Positions 7,425-16,460 of a stretch of DNA of 64,000 bases are shown piece by piece. The notes under the pieces were generated by a model. It made no database searches, was not told the DNA's origin, and saw only the letters and a program-made list of their open reading frames with translations. The position numbers were made by a program, and so were the translations under genes. Each line of letters starts with the position of its first letter. Positions within the stretch are counted from its first letter, which is position 1. The stretch is from Vicinamibacterales bacterium (GTDB lineage: Bacteria > Acidobacteriota > Vicinamibacteria > Vicinamibacterales > UBA8438): assembly GCA_965207665.1 (NCBI GenBank), contig CBDBMV010000002.1, positions 2,905,704 through 2,969,703 of the forward strand, read 5' to 3'.

Positions 7425-10094
7425 CTACCTCAGGTACAGGAACTCGTTCAGGTTGAGCATCACGTGCGTGAAGTCTACAAGCGACTGGCCTGCGACAAGC
7501 TCGGCTGCGACGGACGCCTCCGCCGGCGTCGGCGGGCGCGTGAGCGCGATGCGGTACGCCAGCTCGATCTGCTGGTTCACGTCGCCCGGCGCCTCCCGCT
7601 CCAGCCGCTCGGCGAGCAGCCGCGCCTGGTTCAGCACGAACGGGTTGTTCAGCAGCGTCAGCGCCTGCGTGGACACGGTAGACACGTTGCGCGCCGCCGC
7701 CGTCTGGTTCTGGTCGGGCAGGTCGAACGTGTCGAAGAACGGGAAGCCGAGCGAGCGGCGCCGGTAGACGTACACGCTGCGGCGCCACGTCTCCGGACCG
7801 TCCGCCTCGACGCACCAGATCCCCTCGTGCGGCGCCAGGACGGGCCCGCCGTCCGGCGGGCTGCCGCACCACAGCCCCTTGCCACCGGATGTCCGCAGGA
7901 TGTCCTCCGGAACGTGCGGGAACACGGGCGGTCCACCCACCGCGAGGTCGATGCCGCCGCTGACCGTCATGATGGCGTCGCGCAGCGCCTCGGCCTCCAG
8001 CCGCTGCGGCCGGTAGCGCCAGAGCAGCCGGTTTTCGGGGTCCAGCTCCAAGCTCGCAGCGTCGGCGGCGGACGAGGCCATCTTGTACGCCTCGGAGGTC
8101 ATCAGCAGGCGGTGCAGCGCCTTGACGCTCCAGCCGCGGTCCATGAACTCCACCGCCAGCCAGTCGAGCAGCTCCGGGTGCGTCGGCGGATCGCTCATGC
8201 GGCCGAGGTTGTCCAGCGTGCGGACGATGCCGCGGCCGAAGTGGTGGTGCCAGACGCGGTTGACGATGACGCGCGCCGTCAACGGGTTGTCGCGCGATGC
8301 AATCCATTCCGCGAGCGCCAGCCTGCGCCCGGAGGTCCGGCCGTCCGGCCGCGGAATGGCGGTAGGCGGGTCGCCGTAGGTGGCGACGCTCAGGAAGCCC
8401 GGCGACATCTCCGAGCCGGGGCTGAACGGATCGCCGCGGATCAGGAAATAGCTGGGCGGAGCGTCGTAGGCCGGCCCGCCCGGCTCGTGCAGGAACGTGC
8501 CCGGCTCGTCCGGCGGGACACGGCACTCGGGACACCCGATCACGCTGTCGCCCGGACCGTCCGGGGCGAAGCGGTAGTCGCCGTCGGTGACGATCTCCGC
8601 GATATCCGGCGCCGGCGGGCGCTCCGCGTTCAATGCGGCAATCCGCTCGCGCAGCGCGTCCCAGCGCGTCCGGTCTTCCGGGCCGAGCGCGCCGGCGATA
8701 TCCCAGCGCGGCGAGTTGATGGAGAGCACCTGCGCCGCCAGGAGCTGCTCGCCCGGCGTGCGCTCCGCTTCGGGCTTGAACGCCGCCGCCCGGACGTTCT
8801 CCGGGAAGCGCTCCTCGATCAACTCCCGGCGGAACCGATCCCGGTAGGGCGCCTCGATCGCGGCGATCTCGTCCTTCAGCGGTTGCTGCCGGCGGTCAAT
8901 CTCACCATTCCGTGCGCGCCACGCGTCGGCTTCCGCGCGGTCGAGCAGCGGCCAGTCCGTCTCGACGTAGCCGAAGATGGACGCCTGCAGCCGGTAGTAG
9001 TCGCGCTGCGGGATTGGATCGAACTTGTGGTCGTGGCAGCGGGCGCAGTGGACCGTCATGCCGAGCATGCCGCGGCCGATCGTCGCCAGGACGTCGTCCA
9101 GGTAGTCGTGGCGGCGCTCCGGGTTGTCCTTCTCGCGGAACTGCACGCGCGGGCCGGCGCGCAGGAAGCCGGTGGCGATCAGCGTCTCGTCCGTGACGTG
9201 GTCCAGCTCGTCACCCGCGATCTGCTCGCGGATGAACTGGTTGTACGGCTTGTCGGCGTTGAAGGCGTCGATCACGTAGTCGCGGTAGCGCCAGGCGTTG
9301 GGCCGGTTGTAGTCCTGCTCGAAGCCGCTGGAGTCGGCGTAGCGCGCCACGTCCAGCCAGTGGCGGCCCCAGCGCTCGCCGTAGTGCGGCGAGTCGAGCA
9401 GGCGGTCGATCAGCCGCTCCCAGGCCCCGCGCGCGGTGTCGGCCAGATACTCGTCGACCTGCGCCGGCGTCGGCGGCAGGCCGGTCAGATCGAGATAGGC
9501 GCGCCGCAGCAGCGTCAGCCGGTCGGCCTGCGGCGCAGCGCCCACGCCTGCCTCGCGGCGGGCCGCTTCCAGGAACCGGTCGATGGGGTGCGCGTACTCT
9601 TCCGCGGCCGGCACCGGAGCGCGCAGCGGGCGCTGAAACGCCCAGTACTCGCGCGCCTCGGGCGGCAGGCCGCCGCCCTCCAGCGCCGCCCGCGCGTCTG
9701 CGGCCGACGTGGCGGCGGCGGCGTCCCAGTGCGCACCGCCGTCGATCCAGGCGCGCACCGCCTCCAACTCCCCGGCGGTGAGCGCGTCGCCGCTCATCGG
9801 CATCGCCGGCTGATCCAGACCGGCCACCATCCTGAACAGGCGGCTGTCCTCGGCGCGCCCCGGCACGAGCGCCGGGCCCCGCGAGCCGCCTTCCAGGGCG
9901 CCGTCGCGCGTGCGTAGATCGAGATCGGAAAGCTGCGCCGCCGCGCCGTGGCAGTTCCAGCAGCTCCGCTCCATGATGGGGCGGATGTGGTCGGTGAACG
10001 TGACGGGGCCGGTCTGAGCCTCCGCTACGGCGGTCTGGCCCATTGCGCAGATCGCCGCAAGTCCCAACCGGGCGAATCGTCGCGCAACCCGCAT
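7425..10094 (-). CDS. PSCyt1 / DUF1549 / DUF1553 multidomain protein (Planctomycete-type cytochrome-c domain protein)
   Basis: Start re-set to the ATG at 10094 (MRVARRFARLGLAAICAMGQTAVAEAQ), with a GAGGA Shine-Dalgarno upstream. Motifs: CWNCHG near the N-terminus, HCARCHDHKFDPIPQRDYY (DUF1549 signature), NRVWHHHFGRGIV..DN.G (DUF1553). Confidence 0.9.
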   Translation of the reverse strand: MRVARRFARLGLAAICAMGQTAVAEAQTGPVTFTDHIRPIMERSCWNCHGAAAQLSDLDLRTRDGALEGGSRGPALVPGRAEDSRLFRMVAGLDQPAMPMSGDALTAGELEAVRAWIDGGAHWDAAAATSAADARAALEGGGLPPEAREYWAFQRPLRAPVPAAEEYAHPIDRFLEAARREAGVGAAPQADRLTLLRRAYLDLTGLPPTPAQVDEYLADTARGAWERLIDRLLDSPHYGERWGRHWLDVARYADSSGFEQDYNRPNAWRYRDYVIDAFNADKPYNQFIREQIAGDELDHVTDETLIATGFLRAGPRVQFREKDNPERRHDYLDDVLATIGRGMLGMTVHCARCHDHKFDPIPQRDYYRLQASIFGYVETDWPLLDRAEADAWRARNGEIDRRQQPLKDEIAAIEAPYRDRFRRELIEERFPENVRAAAFKPEAERTPGEQLLAAQVLSINSPRWDIAGALGPEDRTRWDALRERIAALNAERPPAPDIAEIVTDGDYRFAPDGPGDSVIGCPECRVPPDEPGTFLHEPGGPAYDAPPSYFLIRGDPFSPGSEMSPGFLSVATYGDPPTAIPRPDGRTSGRRLALAEWIASRDNPLTARVIVNRVWHHHFGRGIVRTLDNLGRMSDPPTHPELLDWLAVEFMDRGWSVKALHRLLMTSEAYKMASSAADAASLELDPENRLLWRYRPQRLEAEALRDAIMTVSGGIDLAVGGPPVFPHVPEDILRTSGGKGLWCGSPPDGGPVLAPHEGIWCVEADGPETWRRSVYVYRRRSLGFPFFDTFDLPDQNQTAAARNVSTVSTQALTLLNNPFVLNQARLLAERLEREAPGDVNQQIELAYRIALTRPPTPAEASVAAELVAGQSLVDFTHVMLNLNEFLYLR

Positions 10095-10102
10095 CAGTTC
10101 CT

Positions 10103-10118
10103 CGTTACGCCCGTAACG
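10103..10118. promoter_or_regulatory. Palindrome CGTTACG-CC-CGTAACG in the divergent control region
   Basis: Perfect 7+7 inverted repeat. It lies 9-24 nt upstream of the PSCyt/DUF1553 start codon and ~145 nt upstream of the divergent X-family gene. A tandem 9-mer GGGTGCATC occurs at 10205-10213 and 10215-10223. Confidence 0.25.
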
Positions 10119-10261
10119 CTCGCCGCCGGAGCGCCGAACGCACCAACATACTACCAAGTCGTGCACGAACGGGTGTCCCCGGCGCGGATTACGCCTTGCG
10201 CCCCGGGTGCATCGGGGTGCATCATGGGTCATTCCGGCGCGGAGCAGGCGTCGGGTGGAGG

Positions 10262-11308
10262 ATGACGATGAGTTTTCGCAATCTGGCGGCGCTTGCAGTG
10301 GTCCTGGGTCTCGCGCTGGCGGCTGCGCCCGCCGCGGCGCAGTCGGAAACCGTAGCGCGCACGGCCTGGGGCGATCCCGACATCCAGGGCGTCTGGGACT
10401 ATCGGACGCTCACGCCGCTCGAACGGCCCCTGGAGCTGGGCGACAAGGCGTTCCTGACGCAGGAAGAGGCGGATGAACTCGAACGCGAGACGCTGGCCCG
10501 CAACGAGTTCCTGCTGAACCGCGAGCGGCAGGAGGCGACGGCCGGCGACCAGGTCGACCGGCGGGATGACGGCACGCCCGGCTTCTACAACAACTTCTGG
10601 ATGGACCGCGGCACGACGGCCATTGGCACGCGCCGCACGTCGCTCATCATCGAGCCGTCCAACGGACGCCTGCCGCCGCTGACGGCGCCGGCCGCCGCGC
10701 GCGCGGCGTCGGCGGAAGCCGAACGCATCGCGGGTGTGCGCCGCGGCATGCTGCCGGCCGCCAGCTACACGGACCTCGACGCGGGCGACCGCTGCATCCA
10801 GCACGCCAAGGCCGGTCCCCCGCTCAGCACCGGCGGCTACAACAACAACGTGCAGATCTTCCAGGCGCCCGGCTACGTGGTGCTGGTCCCGGAGCAGAAC
10901 CGCGAGTCGCGCATCGTTCCGCTCGACGGCCGGCCGCACGTGGCACCGCAGATCCGGCAGTGGATGGGCGACTCTCGCGGTCGCTGGGAAGGCGACACGC
11001 TCATCATCGAGACCGTGCACTTCAACGGCAAGCACGACCAGATCGGCCGGCCGCTGCTGAGCTGGGCCGATAACCTGCGGCTCATCGAGCGGATCACGCG
11101 GCTCGACGCCGAGAACCTGATGTACGAGTACACGGTCGACGACCCGACCATCTGGACGAGCGCCTGGACCGCCCAGCACCCGATGAAGCTGAATCCGGAG
11201 CCGCTGTACGAGTTCGCCTGCCACGAGGGGAACTACGGGCTGGAGGGCATCATGGCCGGCTCGCGCGTAGAGGAAGCCGAGGCGGAGGCGGAAGCCGCTT
11301 CCAGGTAG
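10262..11308 (+). CDS. Secreted protein of an unnamed conserved family ('X domain'), paralogue 1 of 6
   Basis: Start re-set to the ATG at 10262 (MTMSFRNLAALAVVLGLALAAAPAAAQ), with GGAGG 7 nt upstream. Family motifs: TAWGDPDIQGVW, TPLERP, RTSLIIEPSNGRLPPLT, DRC, RIVPLDGRPH, IRQWMGDSRGRWEGDTLIIET, LRLIERITR, YEFACHEGNY. Confidence 0.8.
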   Translation: MTMSFRNLAALAVVLGLALAAAPAAAQSETVARTAWGDPDIQGVWDYRTLTPLERPLELGDKAFLTQEEADELERETLARNEFLLNRERQEATAGDQVDRRDDGTPGFYNNFWMDRGTTAIGTRRTSLIIEPSNGRLPPLTAPAAARAASAEAERIAGVRRGMLPAASYTDLDAGDRCIQHAKAGPPLSTGGYNNNVQIFQAPGYVVLVPEQNRESRIVPLDGRPHVAPQIRQWMGDSRGRWEGDTLIIETVHFNGKHDQIGRPLLSWADNLRLIERITRLDAENLMYEYTVDDPTIWTSAWTAQHPMKLNPEPLYEFACHEGNYGLEGIMAGSRVEEAEAEAEAASR

Positions 11309-11320
11309 GTCCCGGATAGG

Positions 11321-12802
11321 CTAGCGGCCCGTCTCCAGCCACTCCAGGATGCGCGGCGTCACGAACTCCGGCGCCTCGCGGTGCGGGCCGTGGCCCACGC
11401 CCGGCAGCACCTGGATCGTCAGGGGCCCCTCGACCCAGTCCCACATGCCGTTCACCGACGGGTTCAGGAAGAATGGCCCGTCCTTGCCGTAGATGAACAG
11501 CGTCGGCGCCGTGACGGGCGGAAACTCGCCCAGCTTGAACCCGACCGACTCCGTCTCCATCGTCGTCGGCGACGTCGGCCAGTTCGTCTTGTAGAAGCCG
11601 ACGACCGAGTCGGTGTCGAGGCACTGGGCGGACTCTCTCCGCAATTGGGCCAGGTTCGCCGGTTCGTCCGGGTCCCGCGGCGCGGCGCGGACACCCTGGC
11701 CGAAGTCGGCGCCGGCCTCCGGGAACACCTGCATGTTGCGCTGGAACTGGTTCGCCTGCTGCTGCGCCGGGTTGTCGATGAGCTCGCGGGTCAAACCCCC
11801 GGGATGCACCGTGCCAATGGAAACCAGCCGCTCCGTCTGCTCCGGGCGCGTCATCGCGAAGTGCCAGGCATAGAGCCCGCCGCTGTCCTGCCCCACGATG
11901 GTCGCCTTGTCTTCGCCGAAGTGCTCGATGATGGCGCTGATGTCGTCGGAGATGTGCTCCGCGAAGTAGTTCTCGTAGCCCTCCGGCTTGTCGCTCATGT
12001 CGGTGCCGCGGGTGGACATCGCGACGACGCGGTACTTCTCCGCCAGCATGGGAATCTGGTTCCGGTAGTCGTGCCACGGCGCGGAGACGCCGTGCACGAA
12101 GATCACCAGCGGCCCCTCGCCGGCCGTGTGGTAAACGATCCTGACACCGTTCGAGTCGACCGATCCCTCGGTGGCGACGACCGACTCGCCGCGCCAGTCG
12201 GTGACGGTCACCGCGGGCGCGCTGACGCACGGCTTCCGCGTCAGCCACATCAGGCCGAGGTTCGCGAACGCCTCGCGGTCGACCGAGATTTCCTGGTTGA
12301 CGCGATAGGCGTCCGGCGATACGAAGTAGGACCGGCCCCGCAGCGAGTAGGTGGTGGCGTTGTGCTCGATCTCGGGAGTCTCCCAGAACGCGCTGTAGTA
12401 CCCGCCCAGGTCTCCCCCGACCGGACCCTGCTGCAGCAGCGCAAAGCCCGCGTCGTACACGACGTAGCGGACGAGCGACTGACCGCCCAGGCCGAACTCG
12501 TAGAAGATCATCCCCTCGCCGGAAATCGATGTCCCGTCGCGGCCGGTCAGATGCACTTCGACCTTCAGGAAGCGGTTGTCGATGTGCGTGACCCGCTCGA
12601 TGCCCGCCAGCGGCCCGGGAGGAAACAGGCCCACGTCATCCGGCGGAACCCACTCGACCTCCCACACGCCCGTGAGGTAGCGCGGGTCGAACGGCTGCAT
12701 CATCTCGGCGCCGGTGGTGGGCCCATCCTGGGCGGCGGCCGGTTGCGGGGCCGCCACTAGCGCGACGCCGATGACGCACGCCGCAAGCATCGTTTTCTTC
12801 AT
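11321..12802 (-). CDS. Secreted fusion protein: unknown ~190-aa N-terminal domain + alpha/beta hydrolase with Asp at the nucleophile elbow
   Basis: Start re-set to the ATG at 12802 (MKKTMLAACVIGVALVAAPQPAAAQ). From ...AVTVTDWRGESVVATEGSVDSNGVRIVYHTAGEGPLVIFVHG it is colinear with the mature 14469..15440 protein. The nucleophile elbow is G-Q-D-S-G-G. Confidence 0.8.
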   Translation of the reverse strand: MKKTMLAACVIGVALVAAPQPAAAQDGPTTGAEMMQPFDPRYLTGVWEVEWVPPDDVGLFPPGPLAGIERVTHIDNRFLKVEVHLTGRDGTSISGEGMIFYEFGLGGQSLVRYVVYDAGFALLQQGPVGGDLGGYYSAFWETPEIEHNATTYSLRGRSYFVSPDAYRVNQEISVDREAFANLGLMWLTRKPCVSAPAVTVTDWRGESVVATEGSVDSNGVRIVYHTAGEGPLVIFVHGVSAPWHDYRNQIPMLAEKYRVVAMSTRGTDMSDKPEGYENYFAEHISDDISAIIEHFGEDKATIVGQDSGGLYAWHFAMTRPEQTERLVSIGTVHPGGLTRELIDNPAQQQANQFQRNMQVFPEAGADFGQGVRAAPRDPDEPANLAQLRRESAQCLDTDSVVGFYKTNWPTSPTTMETESVGFKLGEFPPVTAPTLFIYGKDGPFFLNPSVNGMWDWVEGPLTIQVLPGVGHGPHREAPEFVTPRILEWLETGR

Positions 12803-12899
12803 GACCTTCCCTCTGGAAGCCCGTATTGCAACCCCGCCGCGGAGCTGCCGGGATGGCGACAAACGGGGCGGCGACATCCGCGTCAAGCGGTCGGCGCCC

Positions 12900-12986
12900 A
12901 AGCCGCGCACGGCGCGGCTCGGCGGCCACGGCGCGGGGCTACGGGGTCCCCGCTAGTGGCCGCCGGGGGTTCGGGGCGCAGCCCCG
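12900..12986 (+). repeat. Structured intergenic repeat, copy B
   Basis: Aligns with copies A and C. The outer stem cggcggccac/gtggccgccg and the terminal hairpin cggggc-gca-gccccg both carry compensatory changes relative to copy A. It lies between two minus-strand genes. Confidence 0.75.
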
Positions 12987-13004
12987 ACGTGTTGAAGCCG
13001 CCGG

Positions 13005-14423
13005 CTAATTGCTGGTCCGCTTGGTGAGGTCTTCCTTGTCGATGGTGTACTTCTGGAAGATGAAGAACATCTCGTCCCAGCTCTGCTCGCCCCAGTAGAC
13101 CTCGCGGTCCGGACTCGGGTTGTAACGGTTGCGGATGCTGTTGTCGAAGTGTCCCACCGTCTTGAGCGTGCTGCCGGCAGGCACCTTCAGCGGCTCGACG
13201 AAGTCGTACTCGATCTGCCAGTTGAAGTCGTAGTTCGGCACGTGCAGCAGCGTTTCCTCGGTGCCGTCCGGCCAGACGACGATGTAGGTCATGTCCTTGC
13301 CGCGGAAGTGCATGTGCGGCCACACGCCGTAGACCGTAATGTCGTCCTGCACCGGCCAGATGCCGGTAATCCTGAAGTCGTCGGCGTGCGGCGGGATGTT
13401 CGGCGTTCGCGTGAAGCCGGAACCCGCCTGCAGCTCCAACTGCTCCTCGCCCTCCACTATGCGGACGGGGCCGGTGCCGCCGAACTCGCCGGAGCCAACG
13501 GTCAGCATCCGGCGGCGCGGCGTGTCCTTGGCGAACCAGAAGCCGGCAACCGAGCGGTCGGTTTCCGGACGGCCCGTCAGGGTGTAGTGCATCTGGAACT
13601 CGAGGTTGCGATCGGCGTAAACCAGCTTCGCCGTGCCCTCGGGGAAGCGGTTGAAGCCGCCCCCAGGCCGGTAGAAGATGAGCTGCGCGTCCGGGGTGAA
13701 TTCGCGGGCGGCCTCTCTGCGCGCCAGCTTCACCGCGGGGTCTTCGTTCGGATTGATCGGGACCGGCTGCGGGATCATCTGGCCGCCGGGGTGCACCTGC
13801 TCCAGGCCCAGTTCTGTCCCCGGCGGCATTGGCCGCGTGAATATCCCGGCGTGGTGCACCACCGCCGGGTTGCCAGGCCGCAACTGGACCGCTTCCAGAT
13901 AGACGTCATCGTCGAACGGGTACTCCATCCAGACGTCCAGGTATTCGAGCTCGCCCTGGGCGGGCAACTCGACCTCGATTGGCATCTCGACGATGTAGTC
14001 CGGCGGTCGCGGGTGCAGCCAGTCGCTCGCGAACTCCGGAAGCTCGGGAGCCGGCCCGTCGCCCAGCGGCGCGCCGCCGTCCGCCCACGCGGCGATCGTG
14101 TCGACATCCGCCTGGCTCAACGCCGTGACGTCCTTGAACTCCCCGAAGCGCTGGTCCGCGAACCACGGCGGCATCTCGCGCGAGACGACCTTGGTCTTGA
14201 TGGCGCGGGCCCACGGGCGCGCCTCCTGGTAGGAGGTCAGCGACATCGGCGCCACCTGGCCATCCCGGTGGCAGCTCGCGCAGTTCTCGTACAGGATGCG
14301 CCCCACGTCCCCGTTGAACGTGGGCACCGCGGCTGCCTTCTCGTTGGCCACCGCCGTCCCCGCGAGCGCTACAACCGCGAAGAGGGCCGCGCCAAGCGCC
14401 GCGCTCGATCGAACTGCAGTCAT
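13005..14423 (-). CDS. Secreted haem-c (CxxCH) protein with PHM/DBH-like copper monooxygenase motifs, paralogue 1
   Basis: 472 aa with a signal peptide. CASCH followed by MSLTSYQEARPWARAIKTKVVSREMPPWFAD; HH (VVHHAGIF), HMH (WPHMHFRGKDM) and SWDEM. Colinear with 41568..43010. Confidence 0.7.
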   Translation of the reverse strand: MTAVRSSAALGAALFAVVALAGTAVANEKAAAVPTFNGDVGRILYENCASCHRDGQVAPMSLTSYQEARPWARAIKTKVVSREMPPWFADQRFGEFKDVTALSQADVDTIAAWADGGAPLGDGPAPELPEFASDWLHPRPPDYIVEMPIEVELPAQGELEYLDVWMEYPFDDDVYLEAVQLRPGNPAVVHHAGIFTRPMPPGTELGLEQVHPGGQMIPQPVPINPNEDPAVKLARREAAREFTPDAQLIFYRPGGGFNRFPEGTAKLVYADRNLEFQMHYTLTGRPETDRSVAGFWFAKDTPRRRMLTVGSGEFGGTGPVRIVEGEEQLELQAGSGFTRTPNIPPHADDFRITGIWPVQDDITVYGVWPHMHFRGKDMTYIVVWPDGTEETLLHVPNYDFNWQIEYDFVEPLKVPAGSTLKTVGHFDNSIRNRYNPSPDREVYWGEQSWDEMFFIFQKYTIDKEDLTKRTSN

Positions 14424-14468
14424 CTGAACCTCCTTGAACCGCCGCGTCCCCCGGGTATTCCAGGATCG

Positions 14469-15440
14469 CTAGCGGCCGGTCTCCAGCCACTCCATGATAC
14501 GCGGTGTGACAATCTCCGGCGCCTCGCGGTGCGGGCCGTGGCCCACGCCGGGGAGCACCTGGATGGTCAACTGCGCGTCGACCCACTCCCAGGTATCGGC
14601 CAGCGTCTCGCGCATGAAGAACGGCGCGTCCCGGCCGACGATCAGCAGCGTGGGCGCCTTGACCGGCGGAAACTCGCCGTACTTGAAACCGAACGCCACC
14701 GTGTCCATCGTCACCGGCCGCGCCGGCCAGTTCATCTTGTAGAAGCCGACGACGGACTCGGCATCGAGGCGCTGGTTGGACTCCTGCCGCAGTTGGGCCA
14801 GGTTGGCCGGCTCGGTCGGATCGACGGGCGAGTTGCGGACCGCCTCGCCGAAGTCCCTGCCGGCCTCGGGGTTCTCCTGCATGCCCCACTGGAACGCGCT
14901 CGCCTTCTGCTGATCCGGGTTGTCGATCAGCTCGCGGATCAGCCCGGCCGGATGCACGGAGCCGAGCGAGATCAGCCGCTCCGTCTGCTCCGGATGCGTC
15001 ATCGCGAAATACCACGCGTGCAGGCCCCCGCTGTCCTGCCCGACAATCGTCGCCGTGTCCTCGCCGAAGTGCTCGATGATGGCGCTGATGTCGTCGGCGA
15101 TCCGCGCGGACGCGTAGTGTTCGTACCCGGAAGGCTTGTCGCTCATGTCGGTGCCGCGGGTCGACATGGAGACGACGCGGTACTTCCCGGCAAGCATCGG
15201 GATCTGGTTCCGGTAGTCGTGCCACGGACTGGCTACGCCGTGCACGAAGATCACGAGCGGACCCTCGCCCGCCGTGTGGTACACGATCTTCACACCGTCG
15301 GAGTCGACCGAACCTTCGGTGGCGTCGACGGTTTCTCCGCGCCAGTCGGTGACGGTCACCTGCGCGTCTACTGCGGACGGAGCAAGAACAAGCAACCCGG
15401 CAAGCACGAGCAAGTTCAGCATCTTCACGTGAAACTCCAT
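14469..15440 (-). CDS. Secreted alpha/beta hydrolase (Asp at the nucleophile elbow; epoxide-hydrolase/dehalogenase-like class)
   Basis: 323 aa with a signal peptide. IFVHGVASPWHDYRNQ..., elbow GQDSGG, ...LPGVGHGPHREAPE. Close paralogue of the C-terminal two-thirds of 11321..12802. Confidence 0.85.
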   Translation of the reverse strand: MEFHVKMLNLLVLAGLLVLAPSAVDAQVTVTDWRGETVDATEGSVDSDGVKIVYHTAGEGPLVIFVHGVASPWHDYRNQIPMLAGKYRVVSMSTRGTDMSDKPSGYEHYASARIADDISAIIEHFGEDTATIVGQDSGGLHAWYFAMTHPEQTERLISLGSVHPAGLIRELIDNPDQQKASAFQWGMQENPEAGRDFGEAVRNSPVDPTEPANLAQLRQESNQRLDAESVVGFYKMNWPARPVTMDTVAFGFKYGEFPPVKAPTLLIVGRDAPFFMRETLADTWEWVDAQLTIQVLPGVGHGPHREAPEIVTPRIMEWLETGR

Positions 15441-15443
15441 GAT

Positions 15444-15905
15444 CTAATTGCAGGTGTCGGCGATCGCCATAGCTGAAGTGAGGTTGACGCGGTGGGGCTC
15501 GACGCTGGTGATGTACAGGCCCTTGACGGCGAGCTTGCGTCCCTCGGCGATTGCGCCTGTCGCGTTGGCCGACTCGCGCGCCGTGTGCTCGGCCCGGTCG
15601 AACGACGCGAGCAGCCCGTTGACGTCGAGAAAATCGGTGACGCCGATCAGTTGCAGGCGGCTGGAGCCCGGCGCGGCGCTGCCCGCGTCCTCGAGCTCGG
15701 CGGCGCTGGGGAAGGGATACTCGGTGACCTCCGGCTCCGTCGCGCGGGTCAGAAACCAAGCGTCGCCATCCTTCTCGACGCAGCCCACGGACTTCACGAG
15801 CGGCACGGTCGGCGTGTTGTCTTCCGGCTCCTGCGCCGCGACGGCCACCAGCATGACGCACATGATCATGACGGCGGGCGCCGTCGCCAACAGCTTCGTT
15901 CCCAT
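15444..15905 (-). CDS. Small secreted protein, unknown function
   Basis: Start re-set to the ATG at 15905 (MGTKLLATAPAVMIMCVMLVAVAAQEP). It ends 3 nt before the start of the hydrolase gene. No recognisable motif. Confidence 0.55.
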   Translation of the reverse strand: MGTKLLATAPAVMIMCVMLVAVAAQEPEDNTPTVPLVKSVGCVEKDGDAWFLTRATEPEVTEYPFPSAAELEDAGSAAPGSSRLQLIGVTDFLDVNGLLASFDRAEHTARESANATGAIAEGRKLAVKGLYITSVEPHRVNLTSAMAIADTCN

Positions 15906-15978
15906 CTCGATGTGCACCCGGATCCGATTACGACCCGCGATTGTACAGCAGGCGGCGGGCGGGGCGGCTACATGCGGA

Positions 15979-16434
15979 CTAGTCGCCGAACAGATCCTGC
16001 ATGACCAGGTAGCCGCCGGGCCGCATGCCGAACGCCGCGTAGGCCGCCTGCGCGCGGGCATTGTCCCGCTCCACGTACAGCCTGACGCCGACCACCCCGG
16101 GATCCGCGGCCGCCTGCTCCCGGAGATGCGCATAGAGCGCGCGGCAGACGCCCTGCTGCCGGTGATCGGGGTGTACGTACACGCTCTGGATCCACCAGAT
16201 GTCGCCGTTGCGCCAGTCGCTCCACTCGCGCGTGTGCATCATCTGGCCGATGATGACGCCCTTGCAGGCGACGTAGTACGAGCCGTGCGCGCGGTCCGCC
16301 AGCAGCGCCCGCACGCCGCGGCGCACGGTCGCCCGATCCAGCTCGGTGTCTTCGGTCTCGGCGGCGAGCCGCAGGTTGAAGTCGACAATCGTCTCCAGAT
16401 CCTCGAGCGTCGCCGGGCGGATTGCGTGCTTCAT
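15979..16434 (-). CDS. GNAT family N-acetyltransferase
   Basis: 151 aa. ...WIQSVYVHPDHRQQGVCRALYAHL... matches the acetyl-CoA-binding motif A (Q/R-x-x-G-x-G/A pattern), and the overall GNAT layout is present. Confidence 0.85.
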   Translation of the reverse strand: MKHAIRPATLEDLETIVDFNLRLAAETEDTELDRATVRRGVRALLADRAHGSYYVACKGVIIGQMMHTREWSDWRNGDIWWIQSVYVHPDHRQQGVCRALYAHLREQAAADPGVVGVRLYVERDNARAQAAYAAFGMRPGGYLVMQDLFGD

Positions 16435-16460
16435 CGCTGACGGGTCCGGTGCACGTTCCT

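Noticed and set aside
11270-11305. Glu-Ala repeat (EEAEAEAEAEAASR) at the C-terminus of X paralogue 1 as a meaningful tandem repeat
   Set aside because: It is a short low-complexity tail produced by a gaggcg/gaagcc microrepeat, is absent from the other five paralogues, and has no structural implication.
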